Assembly (NCBI GenBank): GCA_025928655.1
Contig: JAICJC010000002.1
Coordinates: 7,531 to 71,530, forward strand
Source: Thermoleophilia bacterium
Lineage (GTDB): Bacteria > Actinomycetota > Thermoleophilia > Gaiellales > JAICJC01
Direction of reading: 5' to 3'
Length of the DNA: 64,000 nucleotides
The notes beneath the pieces were generated by a model. The model worked only from the letters and a program-made list of their open reading frames with translations. It searched no databases and was not told the origin of the DNA. The translations under genes and the position numbers were made by a program. Shown here piece after piece: positions 11,001 to 19,500 of the stretch (the first letter of the stretch is position 1; every line of letters starts with the position of its first letter).

Positions 11001-12730
11001 GCGGGGGCGAGCTCGCGCTGCGCCTGGCCTACCGCAGAGACGTCCTCGATGCGGAGTCCGCCGCGCGGGTGGCCGGCTACCACCTGGCCGCCCTGCACCG
11101 GCTCGCGGCCGACCCGGACGGGGAGCCGGCGGGTCACAGCCTGCTCTCCGAGGAGGAGGTTCGCCTCCAGCTCGACGGGCTCGCAGGGCCGCAGCGAGAG
11201 CTCCCGGACCGGCGCTTCCACGAGCTCTTCGAGGAGCGGGCGGCGGCGCACCCCGACGCCGTCGCGGCCGTCTGCCGCGACCGGCGCTTCACGTACGCCG
11301 AGCTGAACGCGTGCGCCAACCGGCTGGGACGGGCGCTCCTGGCGCGCGGCCTGCCGCCCGAGGGCGTGGTGGCCGTCGTGACCGAGCGCGACCTCGAGTG
11401 GATGGCCTGCGTGCTCGCGATCCTCAAGGCGGGCGGCTGCTATCTCCCGGTCGAGCCGCACCTGCCGCCCGACCGCATCGCGGGGATGCTCTCGCGCGCC
11501 GGCTGCGAGCTCGTGCTGACCGAGCCGGGCAGCTCGGCGACGCTCGAGGCGGCGCTCGAATCGCTGCCGGGCGTCGAGCCGGTCGACGTCCACCGGGCCC
11601 TCGAGGAGGGCCACGCCGACGGCGACCTCGGGGTTTCGGTGACGCCCGGGCAGCTCGCCTACATCTACTTCACCTCCGGCTCCACCGGCGAGCCCAAGGG
11701 GGCGATGTGCGAGCACGGCGGCATGCTCAACCACCTCTACGCGAAGATCGACGACCTCGGCCTGGGCGAGGGCGACGTGGTGGCCCAGGTCGCGCCCCAG
11801 AGCTTCGACATCTCGCTGTGGCAGCTCGTCTCCGCCCTCCTGGTCGGCGGCCGGACGCTGATCGTCGAGCAGGAGCTGATCCTCGACATCGAGGAGTTCG
11901 TCGAGCGGGTCGCGGAGCGCCGGGTCAACGTGCTGCAGGTGGTGCCCTCCTACCTCGAGGCGTTGCTCTCCTACCTCGAGGAGTTCCCCCGCGAGCTGCC
12001 GGACCTGCGCTCTGTCTCGGTCACCGGGGAGGCGGTGAAGCGGGAGCTCCTGCGGCGCTGGTTCGCGTACGCGCCCGGGATCAAGGTGATGAACGCCTAC
12101 GGGCTGACCGAGACGTCGGACGACACCAACCACGAGGTCATGGCCGGCGTGCCGGGCTCCGCGCGCGTGCCGCTCGGGCCTCCTGTGCGGAACGTCCGCG
12201 TCTACGTCGTCGACGAGCGCCTCTCGCCGGTGCCGCTCGGCGCCCCGGGGGAGATCGTGTTCTCGGGCGTGTGCGTCGGCCGCGGGTACATCAACGATCC
12301 CGAGCGCACCCGGCTCGCGTTCGTGCCCGACCCCCACCGTCCGGGCGAGCGCCTCTACCGCAGCGGCGACTACGGCCGCTGGCGGCCCGACGGCAAGCTC
12401 GAGTTCCTCGGCCGCCGCGACCATCAGGTGAAGATCAGAGGGCTGCGGATCGAGATCGGCGAGGTCGAGAGCGCCCTGCTGGGGGTGGACGGCGTCCGTG
12501 CCGCCGCGGTGGTCGTCGCCGAGGGAGCCGCGGGCGCGAAGCGGCTGGTGGGGTTCTACGTCGGCCCGGAGCACGAGGCCGACGCGCTGCGAACGGCGAT
12601 GGGAGAGTCGCTGCCCGCCTACATGATCCCGGCGGCGTTCCACCGGCTCGACGGGCTGCCCCTGACCGCCAACGGCAAGGTCGACCGCAAGGCGCTGGCC
12701 CGCCTCACCGAGGGGGTGGAGGCCCGATGA
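8054..12730 (+). CDS. Membrane-bound Pls/PosA-like NRPS with order T - TM/LbH x3 - truncated C - A
   Basis: T: NLFDDLGLDSL (Ser 8210); three hexapeptide/LbH blocks separated by hydrophobic helices; A motifs YIYFTSGSTGEPKG, FDIS, NAYGLTE, LYRSGD, GRRDHQVKIRG, LPLTANGKVDR; no C-terminal T or TE. Confidence 0.9.
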   Translation: MTIDVGTTSPPDPGRAGPTTAYERILADTLAETTGLESIPVEANLFDDLGLDSLAIAHFCARVRKSGTLPSISVRDCYQHPTVRGLAASLPVGVPVGAGRAPADVVSAPKRRAAPASSRAHILCGTIQFLVFLAYASGAGVVFTAGYKWISAGSGVVDPYLRSVAFGAATFAGLCLLPILAKWALIGRWEREEIPIWSLRYVRFWAVHTLIRLSPVVLLTGSPLYPLYLRALGAKVGAGVVILSRYPPVCTDLLTIGARTVIRRDSFFTCYRAEGGVIRTGPVTIGEDAFVGQNTVLDIDTSLGDRAQLAHSSALYEGQTVPAGERRLGSPAEQRSESDFQNVEPAPVGARRRATYAAMEILGVLALYLPAALGGTYLLATRVPPFDALVRSSPADVATWAFQRDAMIAALILLVGGIGLGLAFIGTVPRLLNLVLEPDRVYPLYGFHYTVHRAIGRLTNVPFFLQLFGDSSYIVHYLRWVGYDLTEIEQTGSNFGTAVGHENPYLASIGTGTMVADGLWIVNADYSNTSFRLSRVAIGRNNFIGNNIPYPSQARTGDNTLLATKVMVPVDGDIRENVGLLGSPSFEIPRSVERDRRFDDLRSGVERGRRLAAKNRHNIVTMGLFLLTRWIYALAMTELAFGAVVLYGDLAVVATAGAVVLVLPFTVAYLAVVERAGARFRTLRPLYCSIYQPEFWRHERYWKMAAVRLPRSLDGTPFKALAWRALGVRMGRRVFDDGSAIVDRSLVTIGDDCVLNAGSVVQPHSQEDSAFKSDRITIGSRVTVGVSAHVHYGVTIGDGARLGPHSFLMKGEEMPPDARWAMNPAVEPRAPVSAGRPAQADPSAEPTDGFGRIPRWTAEPAAGVGEHRETMPAGLAAAVRSLADDLEVPPSTVVHATHARVLGALTGESDVTTGYLALGGDIPVPCPLAAEAGSWRALVLATRQAEVDEERSAEGAFESVFDPAGLDAGPVDGAVVRVGVQERGGELALRLAYRRDVLDAESAARVAGYHLAALHRLAADPDGEPAGHSLLSEEEVRLQLDGLAGPQRELPDRRFHELFEERAAAHPDAVAAVCRDRRFTYAELNACANRLGRALLARGLPPEGVVAVVTERDLEWMACVLAILKAGGCYLPVEPHLPPDRIAGMLSRAGCELVLTEPGSSATLEAALESLPGVEPVDVHRALEEGHADGDLGVSVTPGQLAYIYFTSGSTGEPKGAMCEHGGMLNHLYAKIDDLGLGEGDVVAQVAPQSFDISLWQLVSALLVGGRTLIVEQELILDIEEFVERVAERRVNVLQVVPSYLEALLSYLEEFPRELPDLRSVSVTGEAVKRELLRRWFAYAPGIKVMNAYGLTETSDDTNHEVMAGVPGSARVPLGPPVRNVRVYVVDERLSPVPLGAPGEIVFSGVCVGRGYINDPERTRLAFVPDPHRPGERLYRSGDYGRWRPDGKLEFLGRRDHQVKIRGLRIEIGEVESALLGVDGVRAAAVVVAEGAAGAKRLVGFYVGPEHEADALRTAMGESLPAYMIPAAFHRLDGLPLTANGKVDRKALARLTEGVEAR

Positions 12731-13752
12731 GCGCCGTTCCGGAGTTCGTCGTGATCCCCGGCGTCCAGGTCGAGCGCGTCCTGCAGGGGCGGGAGCGGGA
12801 GACGGTGGCGCTGGTCGAGGCGGCCTACCGCCTCCACGGCGCGGGCGACACGGTCAACCCGCCCTCCTACTTCCTGCGCTTCCCCGACCGCCCCTCGGCG
12901 CGCATCATCGCCCTGCCTGCGTCGCTCGGCGGGGAGGAGCGGGTCGACGGCCTCAAGTGGATCTCGAGCTTCCCCGAGAACCTGAGCGCCGGGATCCCGC
13001 GGGCCTCGGCGGTGCTGATCCTGAACGATCCCGGCACCGGCTTCCCCTACGCATGCCTGGAGGCCTCGGTGATCAGCGCGAGCAGGACGGCGGCGATGGC
13101 GGCGATCGCCGCCGACGTGCTGTCCCGCGGCGGCGCGCGGCCGCAGCGGCTCGCGCTCTTCGGGAGCGGCCTGATCGCCCGCTACATCCACACCTTCCTG
13201 GCCGCGACCGGCTGGTCGTTCGAGCGGATCGGCATCCACGACCTGTCCCGCGACAGCGCGGAGGGCTTCCGCGGATACCTGGAGCGCGCGGGCGAGGCCG
13301 GCCCGATCACCGTGGACGACGGCCCCGAGCGGCTCATCCGTTCGAGCGACCTCGTGGTCTTCGCGACGACGGCGGCGACGCCGCACGTCACCGACCCCGA
13401 GTGGTTCGAGCACAACCCGCTGGTGCTGCACGTCTCGCTGCGCGACCTCTCGCCGGAGGTCGTGCTCGCCTCGGCCAACGTCCTCGACGACGTCGAGCAC
13501 TGCCTCAAGGCGCAGACGTCGCCGCACCTGGCCGAGCAGCTCACCGGCAACCGCGACTTCGTGACCGGCACGCTGAACGACGTGATCTCCGGACGGGTGG
13601 CCGTCCCGGCCGGCCGGCCGGTGGTGTTCTCGCCGTTCGGCCTCGGAGTCCTCGACCTGGCGGTCGGGAGGCACGTGTACGACCGCCTTTCCCATGACGG
13701 CGATCTGCACATCGTCGACGACTTCTTCCACGAGCTTCGCCGACACGGCTAG
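12727..13752 (+). CDS. sbnB: 2,3-diaminopropionate biosynthesis protein SbnB (ornithine cyclodeaminase fold)
   Basis: NPPSYFLRFP, RIIALPA, KWISSFPEN, RASAVLILND, FSPFGLGVLD; ATGA overlap with NRPS stop. Confidence 0.92.
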   Translation: MSAVPEFVVIPGVQVERVLQGRERETVALVEAAYRLHGAGDTVNPPSYFLRFPDRPSARIIALPASLGGEERVDGLKWISSFPENLSAGIPRASAVLILNDPGTGFPYACLEASVISASRTAAMAAIAADVLSRGGARPQRLALFGSGLIARYIHTFLAATGWSFERIGIHDLSRDSAEGFRGYLERAGEAGPITVDDGPERLIRSSDLVVFATTAATPHVTDPEWFEHNPLVLHVSLRDLSPEVVLASANVLDDVEHCLKAQTSPHLAEQLTGNRDFVTGTLNDVISGRVAVPAGRPVVFSPFGLGVLDLAVGRHVYDRLSHDGDLHIVDDFFHELRRHG

Positions 13753-13764
13753 GAGGGCACGCCA

Positions 13765-14814
13765 ATGCCGATCATCACGGATCCCCAGGAGTTCAACCAG
13801 GAGGAGCTCTACATCGACCTGCGCCCGATGTGCGGGCACTCGCTGTTCCTCAAGGTCGAGGGCTTCAACTTCGCCGGATCGATCAAGCTGAAGGCCGCCG
13901 CCGAGATGGTGAGGGCCGCCGAGCGGGACGGGAGCCTGACGCCGGACTCGATCCTCGTCGAGTCCTCGTCCGGAAACCTCGGCGTCGCCCTGAGCATGCT
14001 CGCGGCGAACAAGGGCTACCGGTTCGTGTGCGTGACCGACTCCCGCTGCAATCCCGCGGCCCTGCGGCTGATGGAGTCGTTCGACGCCGAGGTGCACGTG
14101 ATCACCGAGCCGGCGGCGAACGGCGGCGGCCGGCTCGGGGCGAGGCTCGACCACGTCCGCGGGCTGTGCGCCTCGGACGACCGCTACCTCTGGCTCAACC
14201 AGTACGGGAACCCGGCGAACCCGAGAGCGCACTACCGCACCACGGCGCCCGCGATCGCCCGCAGGTTCCCCGAACTCGACGTCCTCTTCATCGGCGCCGG
14301 CACGTGCGGAACGCTCATGGGCTGCGCCCGGTACATGCACGAGCTGCGCCGTCCGGTCAAGATCGTCGCGGTGGACACGGTCGGCTCGGTCACCTTCGGC
14401 GGCCCGTCGGGCCGGAGGCTGATCCCCGGCCTGGGCGCGGGCGTGCGGGTGCCGCAGCTCGACGAGTCGTACGTCGATGACCTCGTGATGGTGCCCGAGG
14501 CGAAGACGATCCGTACCTGCCGGCGGCTGGCCCGGCGCGGGTTCCTGTTCGGCGGGTCGACCGGCACGGTGGTGAGCGGCGCGCTCGACTGGCTCGCCCG
14601 CAACGACGCCGGCGACCTGACCGCCGTCGCCGTCTCCCCGGATCTCGGGGAGCACTACATGGAGACGGTCTACACGGACGAGTGGGTCCAGGAGCACTAC
14701 GGCGAGGGCGTGCTCGCGCGCGACGAGCCGGAGGCGGCGGCCGAGCGCGATCGTGTCGGCCGGCCCCGCCGTGCCCGGCGTGGGAGGCGGTTGGGGGCGA
14801 TCCCGGCCCGGTGA
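13765..14814 (+). CDS. sbnA: 2,3-diaminopropionate biosynthesis protein SbnA (PLP, cysteine synthase fold)
   Basis: LKVEGFNFAGSIK, ESSSGNLG, WLNQY.N..N, GTCGT, RLIPGLG, GGSTG; RBS AGGAGG. Confidence 0.92.
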   Translation: MPIITDPQEFNQEELYIDLRPMCGHSLFLKVEGFNFAGSIKLKAAAEMVRAAERDGSLTPDSILVESSSGNLGVALSMLAANKGYRFVCVTDSRCNPAALRLMESFDAEVHVITEPAANGGGRLGARLDHVRGLCASDDRYLWLNQYGNPANPRAHYRTTAPAIARRFPELDVLFIGAGTCGTLMGCARYMHELRRPVKIVAVDTVGSVTFGGPSGRRLIPGLGAGVRVPQLDESYVDDLVMVPEAKTIRTCRRLARRGFLFGGSTGTVVSGALDWLARNDAGDLTAVAVSPDLGEHYMETVYTDEWVQEHYGEGVLARDEPEAAAERDRVGRPRRARRGRRLGAIPAR

Positions 14815-14838
14815 GGCGGCCGGCCCGGGGCGCGCCGT

Positions 14839-15474
14839 CTACACGACCCTGCCGCCCGGGTCGTCGCCGGGGGCGTCCTCCTCGGCCAGGATCTGATACA
14901 GGCTGCGGCGCGTGCCGCGCAGCACCTCCTGGGCCTTCTCGCGCTGGGCCGGCGTCCCCGCCATGCCCACCTGGCGCACCGCGCCGAGCACCTGGAAGAC
15001 CAGGCTGCGCAGGTCGCCGTGCTCGTCGTGCGCCGCGGCGGCCGCCTGCTCCCACGGAGCCGGCGAGGGCTGCGCGGCGGCGGCCTCGCGGCCCGCGTCG
15101 GTCAGCTCGTAGACGCGCCGGCCGGTGTCGGACTGCTGCTCGCGCACGAGCTCCTCGTCCTCGAGCTGCTGGAGCGTCGGGTAGACCGACCCGGGGCTCG
15201 GGTTCCAGGCTCCGCCGGTGCGCTCACCGAGCTCGCGGATGATCTGGTAGCCGTGCATGCTCTCCTCGGCGAGGAGCGCCAGGATCGCGGCCCGGATGTC
15301 GCCGCGGCCGGCCCTGCGGCCCCCGCCGCCGAAGAAGGCGTTGCCTCTGCCCCAGCCGCCCCGCCCGAAGCCGGCGAACGGGTCTCCGCCACCGTGCCGG
15401 CGGGCGAACCTGTGCATCGCGTGACGGCGGCGCCGGCCGTGCCCGCCCACCGGGATCGTCTGTGCGTAGGTCAT
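14839..15474 (-). CDS. PadR family transcriptional regulator
   Basis: RGDIRAAILALL, HGYQII, PSPGSVYPTL..LEDE, YELT..G. Confidence 0.92.
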   Translation of the reverse strand: MTYAQTIPVGGHGRRRRHAMHRFARRHGGGDPFAGFGRGGWGRGNAFFGGGGRRAGRGDIRAAILALLAEESMHGYQIIRELGERTGGAWNPSPGSVYPTLQQLEDEELVREQQSDTGRRVYELTDAGREAAAAQPSPAPWEQAAAAAHDEHGDLRSLVFQVLGAVRQVGMAGTPAQREKAQEVLRGTRRSLYQILAEEDAPGDDPGGRVV

Positions 15475-15520
15475 CGGAATCCTCCTGATTCTCGTGTGTT
15501 CATGACTATCGCGTCACATC

Positions 15521-15532
15521 ACGATATATCGT
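15521..15532. promoter_or_regulatory. Probable PadR operator
   Basis: Perfect palindrome ACGATATATCGT about 50 bp upstream of padR. Confidence 0.55.
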
Positions 15533-15574
15533 ACCGTATCGCTGTCAAGTCCGGCGTCCGGCCGCGCCGCCGGC

Positions 15575-16522
15575 TCAGGCCGGCGCCGTCTCGCGCTCGG
15601 AGACCGCGACCGCGACGGCGGCCACGATCACGGCGCTCGCGATCAGCGCGCCCGTGGTCAGCGACTCGCCCGCGACCGCCCACCCCAGCACCACCGCCAC
15701 GGCCGGGTTTACGAACGCGTACGTCGCCACCCGCGCCGGCGCGACCACGCGGAGCAGCCACACGTAGGCGGAGAAGGTGAGGACGGTCCCGAAGACGATG
15801 AGATAGGCCATCCCGCCGATCGAGCGGCCGGTGACGGCGGCGAGGCGGAGCGAGGACAGCTCGCCCGACGCGGCGGCGACGACGACCAGGATGGCCCCGC
15901 CCGCGAGCAGGGGCATCGCCGCACCCAGGACGGGCGAGCGGGGCACGGGCACGGCGCGCGTGGCCACCGTCCCGGCCGCCCAGGAGAGCGCACTTCCGAC
16001 CAGCAGGAGCGCGTCGGTCGCATGCAGCCCGCCGCCCGCCCCCTGGGAGGCGACCAGCAGCACCACGCCGGCGAACCCCACGCCGAACGCCGCCACCCGC
16101 CGCCGGGACGGCGGCCGCCCGCCCGGCAGCGCCCAGCCGAGCAGGGGGACGAACAGCGGGATCGTGGCCAGGCAGAGGGCGGCGATGCCGGACGGCACCC
16201 GCTCCTCGGCGTAGGCGAGCACGCCGTGACAGCCCACGAAGAGGAGCGTGCCGATGACCAGGGCGCCGCCCCACTCCGCCCGCGCCGGCCGGGGCAGCTC
16301 GCGCTCGCGGACGAGCCCCAGCGCGAGCAGGATCGCCCCGCCGAACAGGCACCGCCCGGCCATCATCGCGAAGGGCGGGATGGTCTCGACGGCGTAGCGG
16401 ATCGCGAGGAAGGTCGACCCCCACACGAAGTAGATCGCGGCGAAGGCGGCCATCACCTCCGCCGCGGGAGGGCCCCCCGGGGCCCGCGCCGGCGCCGGCG
16501 CCGGCCCGGTCGGCGAGCTCAC
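15575..16522 (-). CDS. EamA/DMT family transporter
   Basis: IYFVWGSTFLAI, PSGIAAL, TYAFVNPAVAV; GTGA overlap with upstream cyclase gene stop. Confidence 0.9.
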   Translation of the reverse strand: MSSPTGPAPAPARAPGGPPAAEVMAAFAAIYFVWGSTFLAIRYAVETIPPFAMMAGRCLFGGAILLALGLVRERELPRPARAEWGGALVIGTLLFVGCHGVLAYAEERVPSGIAALCLATIPLFVPLLGWALPGGRPPSRRRVAAFGVGFAGVVLLVASQGAGGGLHATDALLLVGSALSWAAGTVATRAVPVPRSPVLGAAMPLLAGGAILVVVAAASGELSSLRLAAVTGRSIGGMAYLIVFGTVLTFSAYVWLLRVVAPARVATYAFVNPAVAVVLGWAVAGESLTTGALIASAVIVAAVAVAVSERETAPA

Positions 16523-19500
16523 CCGGCGGCGCCGGGGTGCGCGTCCGCGCGGTCGACGATGACGCCGTCGAGCCGGAACGGCGTGAGCGCGTTCGCCCAC
16601 AGGCCGTGCACCCACGGCCGCCGCAGCAGCGTCGTGCGCTGGTAGGCAACGGGCACGAGCACGGCCCACTCGGCCACCAGCAGCCGGTCGATGCGCCCGT
16701 ACAGCTCGAGCCGCTCGTCCTGGTCGCGCGACGCCCGCGCGCGGCTCAGCAGGTCGAGCAGCCGGCTGTTCATCGCCTGCTCGGTGACCGGGTCGCACGG
16801 ATCCTCGAGCAGCCCGCGGAAGAAGCCGTCGGGATCGGGATAGTCGGCCAGCCACGCGCCCATCCACAGATCGGACTCGTCGTCCGCGCTGCGGATGGCC
16901 CGCTCGCTGATGACGGCCTCGACGCCGACCCCGATCTCGGCCAGCGCCGCCTCGAGAACGTCGATCAACACCGAGAAGCCCTTCGCGATCAGCATCCGCA
17001 GGCGCGGCAGGCCCTCGCCGCCCGGATAGCCCGCCTCGGCCAGCAGCGCACGGGCGCCGTCGAGGTCGAGCGCCTCGGAGACGTGGTGGTCGTGGCCGGG
17101 CATCGCCGGCGGCAGGAGCCCGCCGCCTTCGGCCGGCCGGCTCACGAGGCCGCTCTTCGGAAAGGCGCGGGCGACCGGGGCGAGCGCGGCCGCCACCGCC
17201 CGGCGGACGCGCACGTCGTCCAGGGGCGCGCGGTCGCTACGGAAGCCGATCATGGCCGTTCCCAGGGTCGGGGCCAGGTCGACGCAGTCCTCGTCCCCCT
17301 CCGGCTCGAAGGGCATCGAGAGCACGTCCACCTGCCCCGACGCCCACAGGTCCTTCACCGCCGTCGTCTTGGCGTGAATGCGGAAGTCGACCTCGATCTC
17401 GCGCAGGTTGCCGCGCCGCCCGGTCCAGCGGGGATTGGCGACCATCACGAGCCGGTCGTCGTCGATGCTCTCGAGCAGGAACGGCCCGTTCGAGACCAGC
17501 GGCTGGCGCCGGTGCCAGTCGTCGCCCTGCGACTCGCACAGGTGGCGCGGCCACGGGTAGGAGTAGGTGGACGCGAGCACGTAGGGGAAGTAGTTGCGCG
17601 GCGCGCGCAGGACCACCTCGAGCGTGTGGTCGTCGAGCGCCGTTGCCCCCTCGACGTCCTGGAGCAGGAACGCGGTCACCGTCGAGCGCTGCCGGGCGCG
17701 CTCCCACGTGTAGACGAAGTCGTGCGCCGTCACGGGCTCCCCATCGCTCCAGCAGGCGCTCTCGCGCAGCTGGAAGAGGTACGTCAGCCCGTCTCCCGAG
17801 ACGCGGAAGTTCTCGGCCAGCGAGGGCATCACGTTCAGGTCGCGGTCGATCACGAGCAGGCCGCGGAACAGGTGGGCGGTGAGGGCATTCGATTCCGAGA
17901 CGTAGTCGAGCCCGGGCGCGAGCGCGTCCGGCCGCGGGAGCGCCGTGGCGAGCCGCTCGGTCGGCTCGGGCTGGTCGAGCGGCACGACCTTGCAGGCGAA
18001 GGCCTCGTCGTAGGCGCGCTCCGCCTCGGCGAAGTTGAACGCCAGGTGGTGGACGAGGGCGATCTTGAAGAGCGTCTCGCGGGAGCGGCGGTCGTCGCCC
18101 ATCCGGGCCAGGAACTCGCGCGCCTGCCGGTAGTGGCGGATCGCCTCCTGGTTGGCGTAGATCGCGCGGGCGTCGTCGCCGGCCCGGATCAGGTACTCGG
18201 CCGCGCGGGCCGGATCGTCGGCGGCGCTGAAGTGGCGGGCGAGCAGCGCGAGCGTCGCGCCGCTCGTCTCGTCGCCGGCCAGCTCCTCCAGGGCGACGCC
18301 GACGCGCCGGTGCAGCTCCTGGCGGTCGGAGTCGGTCAGGCTGGCGTAGGCCGCCTCCTGCACGAGCCCGTGGCGGAAGCGGTACTCCGGGTACGGGCGG
18401 CGCCGCTCCTCGACGATCAGGTCGAGACGCTGCAGCTCGAGCAGGGCCGCCGGCAGGGCCTCGGGGCTCAGCACGCACTCGAGCAGGGGCATCCCGAACC
18501 GGCGGCCGATCACCGCGGCGACCGCGACCGTCTCGCGGCCGGCCGCGTCGAGGCGGTCGAGCCGGGCCTGGAGCACGCCCTGCACGAGCGCGGGCACCTC
18601 CAGCCGGCCGGGATCGACGGCCAGCTCCCACCCGCCGTTCTCGCGCCGCAGCGCGCCGCGTTCGACGAGGTCGCGCAGCGCCTCGCTCACGAACAGCGGG
18701 TTCCCGCCCGCGCGCTGGGAGATCAGCTCGGCCACCTGCTCGGGCAGCGGGGCGTCCGCGAGCGCCTGGGCCAGCTCGCGGGTCGCGTCGCCGGCGAGCG
18801 CACGAAGCTCAACCTCGACGTAACGGTGAGGGTAGTGCTGGCGCGCGCGCTCGCCCACGCCCCAGGAGGGGAGCTCGCGCTCACTGCGGTAGAGCAGCGC
18901 GATGCCGAGCGCCTCGGTCTCGGTCAGCTCGATCAGGCTCTCCACCGCCTGCAGCGTCAGCTCGTCGGCCCAGTGCAGATCCTCGAACACGACCAGCAGT
19001 GGTCGCTCCGCGGCCAGGCGGGTGAGCAGGTCGGCCACCACCTCGAGGCTGCGCCGGTGCAGCGCGTCGTGGGACAGCTCCCGCAGGTCGGCGGCCGCGC
19101 GCCGGTCGGCCTCCTGCAGGCCGAGCAGGTTGGCGAGGAACGGGTAGCGGTCGTCGCCGGGCCCGTAGAGCTCGTGCAGGGCGGCCTTGAGGTCGAAGCG
19201 GATGCGCGCCTCGCTGGTCGTCGCGGAGGCGCCCAGCCAGTCGCGCAGCAGGTCGCGGATGGGCCAGTACGAGAACCCCTGCGTGTACGACAGGCCGCGG
19301 CCGACGAGCACCTTCAGCCGGTCGCGCAGCGGGTCGACGGCCTCGGCCGCGAGACGCGACTTCCCGATCCCCGGCTCGCCGGTGACCGAGACGATCACCC
19401 CGATCCCGTCGCCGAGCCGCTCGAACGCCCCCCGCACCTCGGCCAGCTCGCTCCCCCGCCCCACCAGCGGGCCGTCGGCCGGCCGGGCGCCGCGGTCGAG

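Noticed and set aside
12727-14814. sbnAB as a staphyloferrin B siderophore cluster
   Set aside because: No NIS synthetases (sbnCEF) or siderophore transporters; Dap is better explained by the adjacent NRPS
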